Assembly (NCBI GenBank): GCA_003169695.1
Contig: PNAS01000027.1
Location: forward strand, 40,488-104,487
DNA from: Spartobacteria bacterium
GTDB taxonomy: Bacteria; Verrucomicrobiota; Verrucomicrobiia; Chthoniobacterales; UBA10450
Direction of reading: 5' to 3'
Length of the DNA: 64,000 bases
Position numbers and translations under genes: made by a program. Below are positions 8,085 to 16,427 of the stretch, piece by piece; within the stretch, counting starts at the first letter, position 1; every line of letters starts with the position of its first letter. A model generated the notes under the pieces. That model had not been told where the DNA came from. It saw only the letters and a list, made by a program, of their open reading frames with translations, and searched no databases.

Positions 8085-9171
8085 GATTGGGTTGCGTATA
8101 TCTTTCCATCGTTTCCACGACGAGGGCGGCTGCGTTTTTTGGCGCCAGCCGCGCGGAATTCTCCGACATGCGAAGCAGTTTGCTCGGGTCGCCGGTTAAC
8201 TCCCGGATTTTCCGTGCGAGCAGATCACCCGCGAGATCGGACTCCTTCAAAATGACGCCGGCATCGGCGCGGACGAAAATCTCGGCGTTTCGCGTTTGGT
8301 GGTCCTCCGCCGCGTAGGGAAAAGGAATCAAGATCGCGGGCAGTGAAAAGGCAGCGAGCTCCGCGAGACTGGCCGCGCCCGAGCGGGCGATCGCGAAATC
8401 CGCGGCGCTATAAACTTCCTCCATAGCGTGATGAAAGGCCGCGACATGGGCCGGGATTTTTTCGCGCTGATAATTGTCGGCGACCAGCCGTTCATCGCGC
8501 GCTCCGGAAAGGTGGATCACCTGGATGGGCGCGCCTTGCAGCTCCGGCAGCGATTTGATCATCGCCTGATTGATGCCGCTCGCGCCCTGGCTTCCGCCCA
8601 TTACCAGGAGCGTAAGCAGATCTTCCCGCAGACCCAGCCGTTGCCTCGCGATCTTTCGATCAAGGCGCTGGAGATCCTTACGGATCGGTGTGCCGGTCAC
8701 CTCCGTGCGCACTTTTGGAAAAAAAGGAGCGCATTCTTTAAACCCAAGCAGAACCGCGCGCACCATTCGTCCAGTGAGCCGGTTCGCCTTTCCGGGAATC
8801 GCATTGGATTCGTGAATGAAAGTCGGAATGCCGCGCATCTTTCCCGCGAGCACCGGCGCAGTGGAGGTGAAACCACCCATCCCGAGGACGACGTGTGGCT
8901 TGAATTTCCGATAGATGCCACGGCAAAGCGAAAGACTTTCGTTGAAGCGGCGCAGGAACCCGAGAATCGCGGGTGAAAAAGGTGAAGGAAGACCAATCGT
9001 TGGCAGTTTATGGAATCGAAAATCGGACCGACCGGAGAGCGCAAGTGCGTCGATCTCCTTTTCGGAAATGAAGATCATCACCTCGTGACCGCGGGCGCGC
9101 AGAACTTCCGCCACCGCGAGACCAGGAAATAGATGTCCGCCCGTTCCTCCGCATGCGATCACGGTGTTCAT
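8068..9171 (-). CDS. murG: Lipid II synthase MurG (GT28)
   Basis: ACGGTGGHLFPGLAVAE N-terminal G-loop. dcw position between ftsW and murC. Confidence 0.93.
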   Translation of the reverse strand: MNTVIACGGTGGHLFPGLAVAEVLRARGHEVMIFISEKEIDALALSGRSDFRFHKLPTIGLPSPFSPAILGFLRRFNESLSLCRGIYRKFKPHVVLGMGGFTSTAPVLAGKMRGIPTFIHESNAIPGKANRLTGRMVRAVLLGFKECAPFFPKVRTEVTGTPIRKDLQRLDRKIARQRLGLREDLLTLLVMGGSQGASGINQAMIKSLPELQGAPIQVIHLSGARDERLVADNYQREKIPAHVAAFHHAMEEVYSAADFAIARSGAASLAELAAFSLPAILIPFPYAAEDHQTRNAEIFVRADAGVILKESDLAGDLLARKIRELTGDPSKLLRMSENSARLAPKNAAALVVETMERYTQPNHDAHL

Positions 9172-9218
9172 AGCGAGATTGCAGATTGGAAAATGGGGGA
9201 TGCAGGTATCTGTCCCAG

Positions 9219-9246
9219 TCTGAAATCTGAAATCTGAAATCTGAAA
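9219..9246. repeat. Heptanucleotide microsatellite (TCTGAAA)x4
   Basis: Four perfect tandem 7-mers in the 79-nt ftsW-murG spacer. Confidence 0.9.
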
Positions 9247-9250
9247 TGAC

Positions 9251-10393
9251 TCATATTCTGGGCGTCGTTCGCGCCTGGATCATCGTCCGTTTCCGATTCG
9301 CCGGCTCGAGTACTCCTTGACGATAAATGTTCAGCAGCAATCCAATTCCAAAAAGGCACGCGGCAAGATTCGATCCTCCGTAGCTCACAAACGGGAGCGG
9401 CAAGCCTTTATTGGGCAGGAGCGATGTCGTGACACCGATGTTGACCGCCGCTTGCAGTCCGAGAAGCGAGACGATCCCGCAGCCGAGAAGCAACCCGACG
9501 CGATCCTTCGCATGCAGCGCGATCATCATCCCGCACACAATGATTACAACAAAGAGGAACACGACGACCAAACTCACCCGCAAACCAAGTTCCTCGCCGA
9601 TCATCGGGAAGATGAAATCGGTGTGCGCATATGGGAGGTAAAGCATTTTCTGCCGGCCGTTCCCGAGGCCGAGACCTTCCATTCCGCCACTTCCCCACGC
9701 GATCAGAGCCTGCATTTGCTGCAAGCCGGCGTCGTCTTTGAAGCGTTCGGGATCCATAAACGCCGAGAGCCGGGCCATACGTTCCGACATGTGCGTCGCG
9801 ACGAAGAGAATGCCGGCCAGGCCACCTAACGAGAGCAGGCCGAGGAGCACCGGGTTGGTTCCCGCGACGAACATGATCACGAACATCGTTGCGCCGATTA
9901 GCGCGGTCGTTCCGAGATCGACTTCCGTCACGATTAGCAGCAAGAGTGTGACGACGATGGCGAATGGAATCATGAAACCCTGCAGGATACGGCCCGCTCC
10001 CTTTTCATAACGGGCGAACCACCAGGCGAGAAAAAAGACGACGGCGATCTTCGCGATTTCCGACGGCTGAAATGTAACCGGACCGAGTCCGATCCAACGG
10101 CGCGAACCGTTGATGCGCATTCCGAGGTGCGGCACGAAACAAAGCAAGAGAGCGATGAGGGCCAGTCCAAACCAGATCCACCACGTCCGCTGCCAGAAAT
10201 GGTAGTCGACCAGCGCTGCCACGGTGCACCCAATGAGACCGACGCCGAGCCAGACCACCTGTCTCTTCACGAAAAAATAGACGTCACCGTGACTGTCGCG
10301 CGCGAACGCACTCGTGCTGAAAAGCATAACGATGCCGATGACCAGCATGCCGAGAACTGCCAGGAACAAAAAGTAGGCGCTCTTGCGATGCAT
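9251..10393 (-). CDS. ftsW: SEDS-family lipid II polymerase/flippase FtsW
   Basis: About 10 TM segments, FtsW/RodA/SpoVE motifs (LLPNKGLPLPFVSYGGS) and dcw position. Confidence 0.93.
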   Translation of the reverse strand: MHRKSAYFLFLAVLGMLVIGIVMLFSTSAFARDSHGDVYFFVKRQVVWLGVGLIGCTVAALVDYHFWQRTWWIWFGLALIALLLCFVPHLGMRINGSRRWIGLGPVTFQPSEIAKIAVVFFLAWWFARYEKGAGRILQGFMIPFAIVVTLLLLIVTEVDLGTTALIGATMFVIMFVAGTNPVLLGLLSLGGLAGILFVATHMSERMARLSAFMDPERFKDDAGLQQMQALIAWGSGGMEGLGLGNGRQKMLYLPYAHTDFIFPMIGEELGLRVSLVVVFLFVVIIVCGMMIALHAKDRVGLLLGCGIVSLLGLQAAVNIGVTTSLLPNKGLPLPFVSYGGSNLAACLFGIGLLLNIYRQGVLEPANRKRTMIQARTTPRI

Positions 10394-10497
10394 CTAGTTT
10401 CGTGGCGGCGGCGGCGGCACGGGTGGACAAAAGCGTTGCCCGTACGCGCGATTAGCGCTCGCCGCGGCGAGCGCCTTTATATTCGTTCGATGTTTCA

Positions 10498-11076
10498 CTA
10501 GTCGGCTTTCTTCGGCTTCGTGGGTTTGGTTGGGATGATCAGTTTCTGTCCGATTTGAAGCTTGTGCGGATCCTCGATGTGGTTCGCCGCCATGAGGTCG
10601 TCGTAGGGAACTTTCAACTTTCGCGCGATCGAGACGGGGTTGTCCCCTTTCGCGACGACGTAAGTTTTCGGGGCATCCGATTTTGTCGAATTGTTCTCCG
10701 TTGGTTTCGCGTGGTCGCTCTTGCGATCGTCTTTCGCGACTGACTTCGGCGGCACTTTCGCCATCCTCGATTCGTCACTCCGTGTCGAAGCGAAAACGGT
10801 CGAACCCTCGGATTTTGCCGAGGTAATTGACGCAACTTTCGCGCTTGCGCTTTCACTCGAAATCGGCGGAAGAGGACCCTGCCGCGTCTTGATGGTGTTG
10901 AAAGCGATGATGCCGGCGACGGCCACAACGTGAAGCACGAGCACAATGAGCAGCGCGCGAGAGAGCTTCATGTTCGGTTCGGACATCTCTTCATAGTCCA
11001 TTTCCGCCGCGCCGAGAGCGCGGCGCGCAGTCGTAGCGCGCAGTTTTTTGCGAGTGAAAAGCTGGGGTAGTTTCAT
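10498..11076 (-). CDS. Bitopic membrane protein with C-terminal LysM peptidoglycan-binding domain
   Basis: TM LSRALLIVLVLHVVAVAGIIAF, a long S/K/A-rich linker, and LysM YVVAKGDNPVSIARKLKVPYDDLMAANHIEDPHKLQIGQKLIIP. ATG 11076 lies 4 nt after the murD stop. The longer ORF (to 11211) overlaps murD. Confidence 0.8.
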   Translation of the reverse strand: MKLPQLFTRKKLRATTARRALGAAEMDYEEMSEPNMKLSRALLIVLVLHVVAVAGIIAFNTIKTRQGPLPPISSESASAKVASITSAKSEGSTVFASTRSDESRMAKVPPKSVAKDDRKSDHAKPTENNSTKSDAPKTYVVAKGDNPVSIARKLKVPYDDLMAANHIEDPHKLQIGQKLIIPTKPTKPKKAD

Positions 11077-11080
11077 GATG

Positions 11081-12406
11081 TTATTTGGGCAAGGCGTGCA
11101 CCAGGGCACGAAATTGATCGCCGCGATCGGCGTAGCTCTTGAACATGTCGAAGGAGGACGTGCCCGGAGAAAAAAGGACGACTTCACCGGGCTTTGCGAT
11201 CGCGTGCGCACGCTCGACTGCGTCGGCCAGCGAGTGCGCGATCTCGCAGGGAACCGCAGCCTTCCAATCCTGCGCGATCCGCTCGGCCAGCTCTCCGATC
11301 AGAACCGCGGCCCGAACTCTCTCGGAAACGAGCGGCCGCAGCGTTTCGAAGGTGAATCCCTTGTCCTTTCCGCCCGCGATCAAAATCACACTCTTGTTCT
11401 GCGCGAGCAGCCCCTTTTCGACTGCGTCGAGATTGGTCGCCTTGGAATCGTTGACGTAGGTCACGTCGCCGACTTCCCGCACGAATTCACACCGATGCGG
11501 CCGCGACTCGTACGCAGAGAGCGGCGGGATCATTTGCTCGAACGACAAGCCACGCGCGAGACCAACGGCGAGCGTGGCCATGATGTTTTCGATATTGTGC
11601 GAGCCGCGCAACTTCGTTTCCGCCATGCGGAGGACTGGCGCGTTTTGAAAAACGATCGATCCACCTTCGAGGCGGAAATCCGCGTGATCCGCGTAGGCGC
11701 TGAAGGTGACCGTCCCCGCCGCGATTTTCGGCAGCGTTTCGCCGGCATTTACAACCGCAACGTCGTCCGTCGTTTGATTTTCAAAAATGTGCAGCTTCGC
11801 CGCGCGATATTCTGCGACCGAGCGATAGCGATCGAGATGGTCGGGGGCAAAATTCAGCCAGACGCTGATCGAAGGCCGGAACGTCCGGATGGTTTCGAGC
11901 TGGAATGAGCTCACTTCCACGGTGAGCACGTCGAGGTCATGCTGTTCCAGCGCGACTTCGCAGAGCGGCTTGCCGATGTTGCCGCAAGCAATCGTGCGCT
12001 GTCCGCACGCATTCAACATCTGCGCGAGCAACTCCGTGGTGGTCGTCTTTCCGTTTGTGCCGGTAATGGCGATGACCGGCACGTTTACCGAACGCCAACC
12101 CAGCTCGAGCTCCCCCATCGTCTCTATGTTTCGCGACGAAAAATTCGTCGCGAGTGGTGAGATCGAATCGATGCCCGGACTCAGGACAACAAAATCATAC
12201 GCGGAGGAATCTTGCTCGGCCGCGGGACCGCAACGCACCTCCACTCCGCGCGCGCGCAGGTTTTCGATCGTAGATTTCAGTAAAGTTTTTTCATCGGCGC
12301 TGTCCAGAACGGTGACATCGGCGCCCTCACTTCGGAGCAAAAGCGCCGCGGCGGTCCCGCTCAATCCCGCTCCCAGCACCGCAACTTTTTTGCCCTGGTA
12401 TTTCAC
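11081..12406 (-). CDS. murD: UDP-N-acetylmuramoylalanine--D-glutamate ligase
   Basis: KKVAVLGAGLSGTAAA Rossmann motif, ITGTNGKTTT P-loop and dcw position. Confidence 0.95.
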   Translation of the reverse strand: MKYQGKKVAVLGAGLSGTAAALLLRSEGADVTVLDSADEKTLLKSTIENLRARGVEVRCGPAAEQDSSAYDFVVLSPGIDSISPLATNFSSRNIETMGELELGWRSVNVPVIAITGTNGKTTTTELLAQMLNACGQRTIACGNIGKPLCEVALEQHDLDVLTVEVSSFQLETIRTFRPSISVWLNFAPDHLDRYRSVAEYRAAKLHIFENQTTDDVAVVNAGETLPKIAAGTVTFSAYADHADFRLEGGSIVFQNAPVLRMAETKLRGSHNIENIMATLAVGLARGLSFEQMIPPLSAYESRPHRCEFVREVGDVTYVNDSKATNLDAVEKGLLAQNKSVILIAGGKDKGFTFETLRPLVSERVRAAVLIGELAERIAQDWKAAVPCEIAHSLADAVERAHAIAKPGEVVLFSPGTSSFDMFKSYADRGDQFRALVHALPK

Positions 12407-12409
12407 AAT

Positions 12410-13510
12410 TTACCTCAGCTTCAGCGTTGCCAATCCGAGGAGCGCGAAAATGGCCGACAGAATCCAGAACCGCACGATCACGGTATTTTCCTTCCAGCCA
12501 CTCAGCTCGAAATGATGGTGGATCGGCGACATCAGGAAGATGCGTTTGCCGGTCAGTCGAAAACTCAGCACCTGAAGGATCACGGAAACGGCTTCGAGAA
12601 CGAAGACCCCACCTACGACCGCAAGGAGCAGTTCTTGTTTGCAACAGATCGCGATGACCCCGATCACTCCGCCGATCGCGAGCGCTCCTGTGTCGCCCAT
12701 GATGATTTTCGCGGGATGGCAGTTGAACCAGAGAAACCCCAGACAGGCTCCAACGAGCGCCGAACAAACCACGGCGAGCTCTCCGGTGTAGGGATAAAAC
12801 GGGACCTGGAGGTATTCCGCGATGCGAAAATTTCCGGCCGCGTAGGAAAGCAACGCGTAGGCAAAAGCGACCGTGATCGTGCAGCCGATGGCGAGGCCAT
12901 CCAGCCCGTCGGTGAGATTGACTGCGTTCGACGAGCCCACGATGACGAACGCGAAAAAAACGAGGGTCATCCAGCCCATATTCGCGATGACCGGAGCCTT
13001 GAAGAACGGCAGATAGAGCGAGCGGGCCTGAACTTCGATAAGCGGATTAGTCAGGAAAACCGCTGTGACGATGGCCGCGAGAGCGATTTGAAAAACCAGT
13101 TTGAACCGACCGCTGATGCCATCGGATTTCTTCTTCGTAACCTTCAGGTAATCATCCGCAAACCCAAGCGCCCCGAGATAAACCATGCTGAAGAGGGCCA
13201 GCCAAACGAAGCGGTTATCCGGTCGCGCCCACAGGAAACTCGAGAGCACAACGGTGCCGATCACGAGGACGCCGCCCATCGTGGGCACGCCTTGTTTGCT
13301 GCTGTGCAATTCAGCCAGCCGATGCACTTCGTCCGCCGTCCGAATCGGCTGACCAGCCTTGAGCGCAATCAACTTTCGAATGACGTAATTGCCGAAGGCA
13401 AGCGAAAGGACGAAAGCCGTGACCGCCGCTGCGACCGCGCGAAACGTCACATAATTAAAAACGTTGAAGCCTTTTATCTCCTCACTCAGGAGATGGAGGT
13501 AATACATCAT
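12410..13510 (-). CDS. mraY: Phospho-N-acetylmuramoyl-pentapeptide transferase
   Basis: Polytopic protein with NAVNLTDGLDGLA and other MraY motifs. Its start overlaps the murF stop. Confidence 0.95.
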   Translation of the reverse strand: MMYYLHLLSEEIKGFNVFNYVTFRAVAAAVTAFVLSLAFGNYVIRKLIALKAGQPIRTADEVHRLAELHSSKQGVPTMGGVLVIGTVVLSSFLWARPDNRFVWLALFSMVYLGALGFADDYLKVTKKKSDGISGRFKLVFQIALAAIVTAVFLTNPLIEVQARSLYLPFFKAPVIANMGWMTLVFFAFVIVGSSNAVNLTDGLDGLAIGCTITVAFAYALLSYAAGNFRIAEYLQVPFYPYTGELAVVCSALVGACLGFLWFNCHPAKIIMGDTGALAIGGVIGVIAICCKQELLLAVVGGVFVLEAVSVILQVLSFRLTGKRIFLMSPIHHHFELSGWKENTVIVRFWILSAIFALLGLATLKLR

Positions 13511-14901
13511 GTCGTTACCTCCGCGGTTGACTGGCGTTTCGAGAACGCTTCCAACACGCGCTCCATCCGCGCCGAGCGGCTGCCTTTGACGAGAATCAAA
13601 TCGCCAGGCGAGGCCGTTTCCCCGAGCAGCTCAGCGGCATCGTCTGGTGAATCAACGGAGAGGCTCTTCTCCAAACCGGCGTTCTGCGCCGCGCGCGCTA
13701 TGGCCGCGCCTGTCGCGCCGACCGCGATCAACTCATCGATGCCGAGCGCCGCCGCGGCCTCACCCACTTCCCGATGGCCACGGTCCGATCCTTCACCCAG
13801 CTCGCTCATCTGCCCGAGGACGGCGATGCGCCGGCCGTCTGCGTCCAGTTCGACGAGCGTGCGGAGCGCCGCTTTCATCGAATCGGGATTCGCGTTGTAA
13901 CTGTCGTCGATGAACTGAATGCCGTTGATTTCCCTAATTTGCAGACGCGCTTTCGTGAGCGGAGCGGAGGCAAGGCCAGCAGCGCAATCCTCCAACGAAA
14001 GGCCAAACGCGCGGCCCGCCGCGACGGCCAGCATCGCATTTTGCACCATGTGAATTCCCGGCACCGGCAGTTGTGCGCGACATCGGTGTGCGCCTTCCAA
14101 TATCGTGAACTCGCATCCGGTCGGGCTTTGGCGCACCTCGCTTGCGCGAACCGAGCCGTTCTCGATTCCAGCAAGAATCACTTTTGCGCGGGTGCGTTCG
14201 CTGAGGGCTTGGCTAAATGGATCGTCCGCATTCAAGATCACCGTCCCGTCGGCGCCGACAGCTTCCGCCAGAGCTCCTTTCTCCGCGGCGATCGCTTCAC
14301 GGCTGCCCATGAATTCGATATGCGCGAGACCAACGTTCGTGATGATCGCGGCATCCGGAGCGGCGAGCTTCGACAGCGTAGCGATTTCTCCCGGATGATT
14401 CATTCCGATTTCCCACACGGCGATTTCGTCGCTCGAAGATGCAGCGAGCATCGTCTGCGGAAGACCCACGTGGTTGTTGAAATTCCCTTCTGTTTTTGTG
14501 ACCCGGAATCCGCGCGAGAGGGTCGCGGCGACAAAATCCTTTGTGCTGGTTTTGCCGTTGCTACCCGTAATGACGACTACCTTCAACGGTAATGATCTTC
14601 GGTAGTTTGCAGCGAGGTTTTGATAGCCTGCGAGCGTGTCGGGAACACGAATAAGAGCGAAGGTTTTAGTGGTCGTGCCTTTCCAACTCTCTTCGACCAT
14701 CGCGCCCACGGCGCCACGCTCGCTGGTTTGCTCGATGAATTTATGCCCGTCGAAGTTTTCGCCTCGCAACGGTACAAAAAGATCGCCTGGTTGCAGCGTT
14801 CTCGAGTCTGTGCTGATCTTCGAAACGGTCAGTGCGGCGTCGCCGGCACTAAGCGAGCCCTGCGCGAATTCGGCGATCTTGCGGAGTGAAAGCGGATCCA
14901 T
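13507..14901 (-). CDS. murF: UDP-MurNAc-tripeptide--D-alanyl-D-alanine ligase
   Basis: Mur ligase P-loop ITGSNGKTSTKD. dcw position. Confidence 0.93.
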   Translation of the reverse strand: MDPLSLRKIAEFAQGSLSAGDAALTVSKISTDSRTLQPGDLFVPLRGENFDGHKFIEQTSERGAVGAMVEESWKGTTTKTFALIRVPDTLAGYQNLAANYRRSLPLKVVVITGSNGKTSTKDFVAATLSRGFRVTKTEGNFNNHVGLPQTMLAASSSDEIAVWEIGMNHPGEIATLSKLAAPDAAIITNVGLAHIEFMGSREAIAAEKGALAEAVGADGTVILNADDPFSQALSERTRAKVILAGIENGSVRASEVRQSPTGCEFTILEGAHRCRAQLPVPGIHMVQNAMLAVAAGRAFGLSLEDCAAGLASAPLTKARLQIREINGIQFIDDSYNANPDSMKAALRTLVELDADGRRIAVLGQMSELGEGSDRGHREVGEAAAALGIDELIAVGATGAAIARAAQNAGLEKSLSVDSPDDAAELLGETASPGDLILVKGSRSARMERVLEAFSKRQSTAEVTT

Positions 14902-14903
14902 GA

Positions 14904-16427
14904 TCAGAATTCGAGCGGATGATTTTCCAAAGCATGGCGTGCCACCTGGATGTCGTCGAACGGCACTGTGTGATCGGCAAATTCCTGGTAAGCCTCGTGG
15001 CCTTTGCCAGCGATGAGAACGATGTCGCGCGGCTGAGCCAACTCGATGGCACGGGCGATTGCTTTCGCGCGGTCGGGAATTTTCTCGTAGTGATCCGAGC
15101 GAAAACCTTGTTCAACTTCGGCGATGATTGCGTCGGGATCCTCTTTCCGCGGATTATCCGAGGTGATGATGCCGTAATCGGCATTTTGATCGACCACGCG
15201 ACCCATGAGTGGACGCTTCTGCCGGTCGCGATCGCCGCCGCAACCGAAAACGACAATGAGACGCCTCGGCGAAAGTTCGCGGAGTGTCTTGAGGACGTTG
15301 AGCAACGCGTCGTCAGTGTGGGCGTAATCAACAAAGACCTGAAACTGTCGTTTCGCCGGGACTGCTTCGAGTCGTCCCGGCACTTGGGGTGATCGCGACA
15401 GACTGAGAATCGCTTCGCGCAAGTTAATCCCCAAGCTGCAAGCAGCGGCGAGAGCAGCCATTGAGTTTGCGACGTTGAATCGGCCGATCAATGGAACGCG
15501 CACGAGATAGCTCTTCCCCCGTGCGTCGAGCTGATAGGACGTGCCTGCAAACTCCGCGTGATAATTCGACGCGCGAAAGCCAGCGCGGGCACTCATTCCA
15601 TAGGTGATCACGGGAGTTTTGTTGTCCAGCCGATCGATGAGTTGCGCGCCGTAGCGATCATCGATGTTGATTACGGCCGCCGGGTTCGTCTTCGTCTTCT
15701 GTTCTGCGAGTCCGGTGAAGAGTTGCGTTTTCGCTTCGAAATAATTCTCCATCGTGGCGTGAAAATCGAGATGGTCCTGAGTCAGATTGGTGAAGACAGC
15801 GACGTCCCATTCGAGTCCGCGCGTTCGATCTTGCGCGATCGCGTGGGATGACACTTCCATGGCGACGGCTTTGCATCCGGCGTCCGCGATTTGCGCGAGG
15901 AGTTCCTGAATGTCGAGCGACTCCGGGGTCGTGCGAACCGCAGGCAGAATGCGATCGCCGATTTCATAGCGAACGGTCCCAAGCAATCCGCAGCGCAGTC
16001 CCCCTTTTTCGCAAATGTGTTTCAGCAAAAACGTCGTGGTGGTTTTGCCATTGGTCCCCGTGACCGCGGCAAGCTTGAGCCGGCGCATGGGCCGTTCATA
16101 AAAGGCAGCGCCGAGATCGGCGAGAGCGTGGCGCGTGTTCTCGACCACGATGCACGTGGCGCGCGCTTGTTGAACCTCCTGCTCCGTCACGATGACCGAT
16201 GCACCTTTTTCGATGGCTTGCTCGATGAATTGATGGCCATCGCTTTTTTCGCCGCGCAATGCGACGAAAAGAAAGTTCCTTTGCACACGCCGCGAGTCAT
16301 ACGCGATGCCTTCCACGACGCGATCAAGCGGCCCGGTGACTTGGCGGGGGGAAATCGCCGAGGCGAGAATTTTGAGCTGCATGAGGTGGCAAAAGGCGGG
16401 CGCAAGGCGCTCAACGGCGTGAGGCAT
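14904..16427 (-). CDS. murE: UDP-MurNAc-L-Ala-D-Glu--2,6-diaminopimelate ligase
   Basis: VTGTNGKTTTTFL P-loop and DNPR motif (TSDNPRKEDP). ATG 16427 overlaps the ftsI end by 17 nt. The alternative ATG 16382 (MQLKILAS...) is equally plausible. Confidence 0.9.
   Translation of the reverse strand: MPHAVERLAPAFCHLMQLKILASAISPRQVTGPLDRVVEGIAYDSRRVQRNFLFVALRGEKSDGHQFIEQAIEKGASVIVTEQEVQQARATCIVVENTRHALADLGAAFYERPMRRLKLAAVTGTNGKTTTTFLLKHICEKGGLRCGLLGTVRYEIGDRILPAVRTTPESLDIQELLAQIADAGCKAVAMEVSSHAIAQDRTRGLEWDVAVFTNLTQDHLDFHATMENYFEAKTQLFTGLAEQKTKTNPAAVINIDDRYGAQLIDRLDNKTPVITYGMSARAGFRASNYHAEFAGTSYQLDARGKSYLVRVPLIGRFNVANSMAALAAACSLGINLREAILSLSRSPQVPGRLEAVPAKRQFQVFVDYAHTDDALLNVLKTLRELSPRRLIVVFGCGGDRDRQKRPLMGRVVDQNADYGIITSDNPRKEDPDAIIAEVEQGFRSDHYEKIPDRAKAIARAIELAQPRDIVLIAGKGHEAYQEFADHTVPFDDIQVARHALENHPLEF

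Noticed and set aside
9219-9246. Possibility that the short tandem arrays (9219-9246, 21957-21991, 26441-26476) are CRISPR arrays
   Set aside because: The units are 7 or 12 nt and directly abutting, with no spacers. No cas genes are present. They are microsatellites or in-frame tandem repeats.
9168-9359. 63-aa ORF (..MSHFRFQISDFRLGQIP..) across the ftsW-murG spacer
   Set aside because: Its only distinctive sequence is the translation of the (TCTGAAA)4 microsatellite, and the rest overlaps the ftsW 3' end in another frame.
12512-13900. 462-aa ORF on the + strand, the longest unannotated ORF in the window
   Set aside because: It lies entirely antisense to the strongly conserved mraY and murF. 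Its R/E/D/H-rich, repetitive composition is typical of shadow ORFs in GC-rich DNA, and no domain is recognisable.
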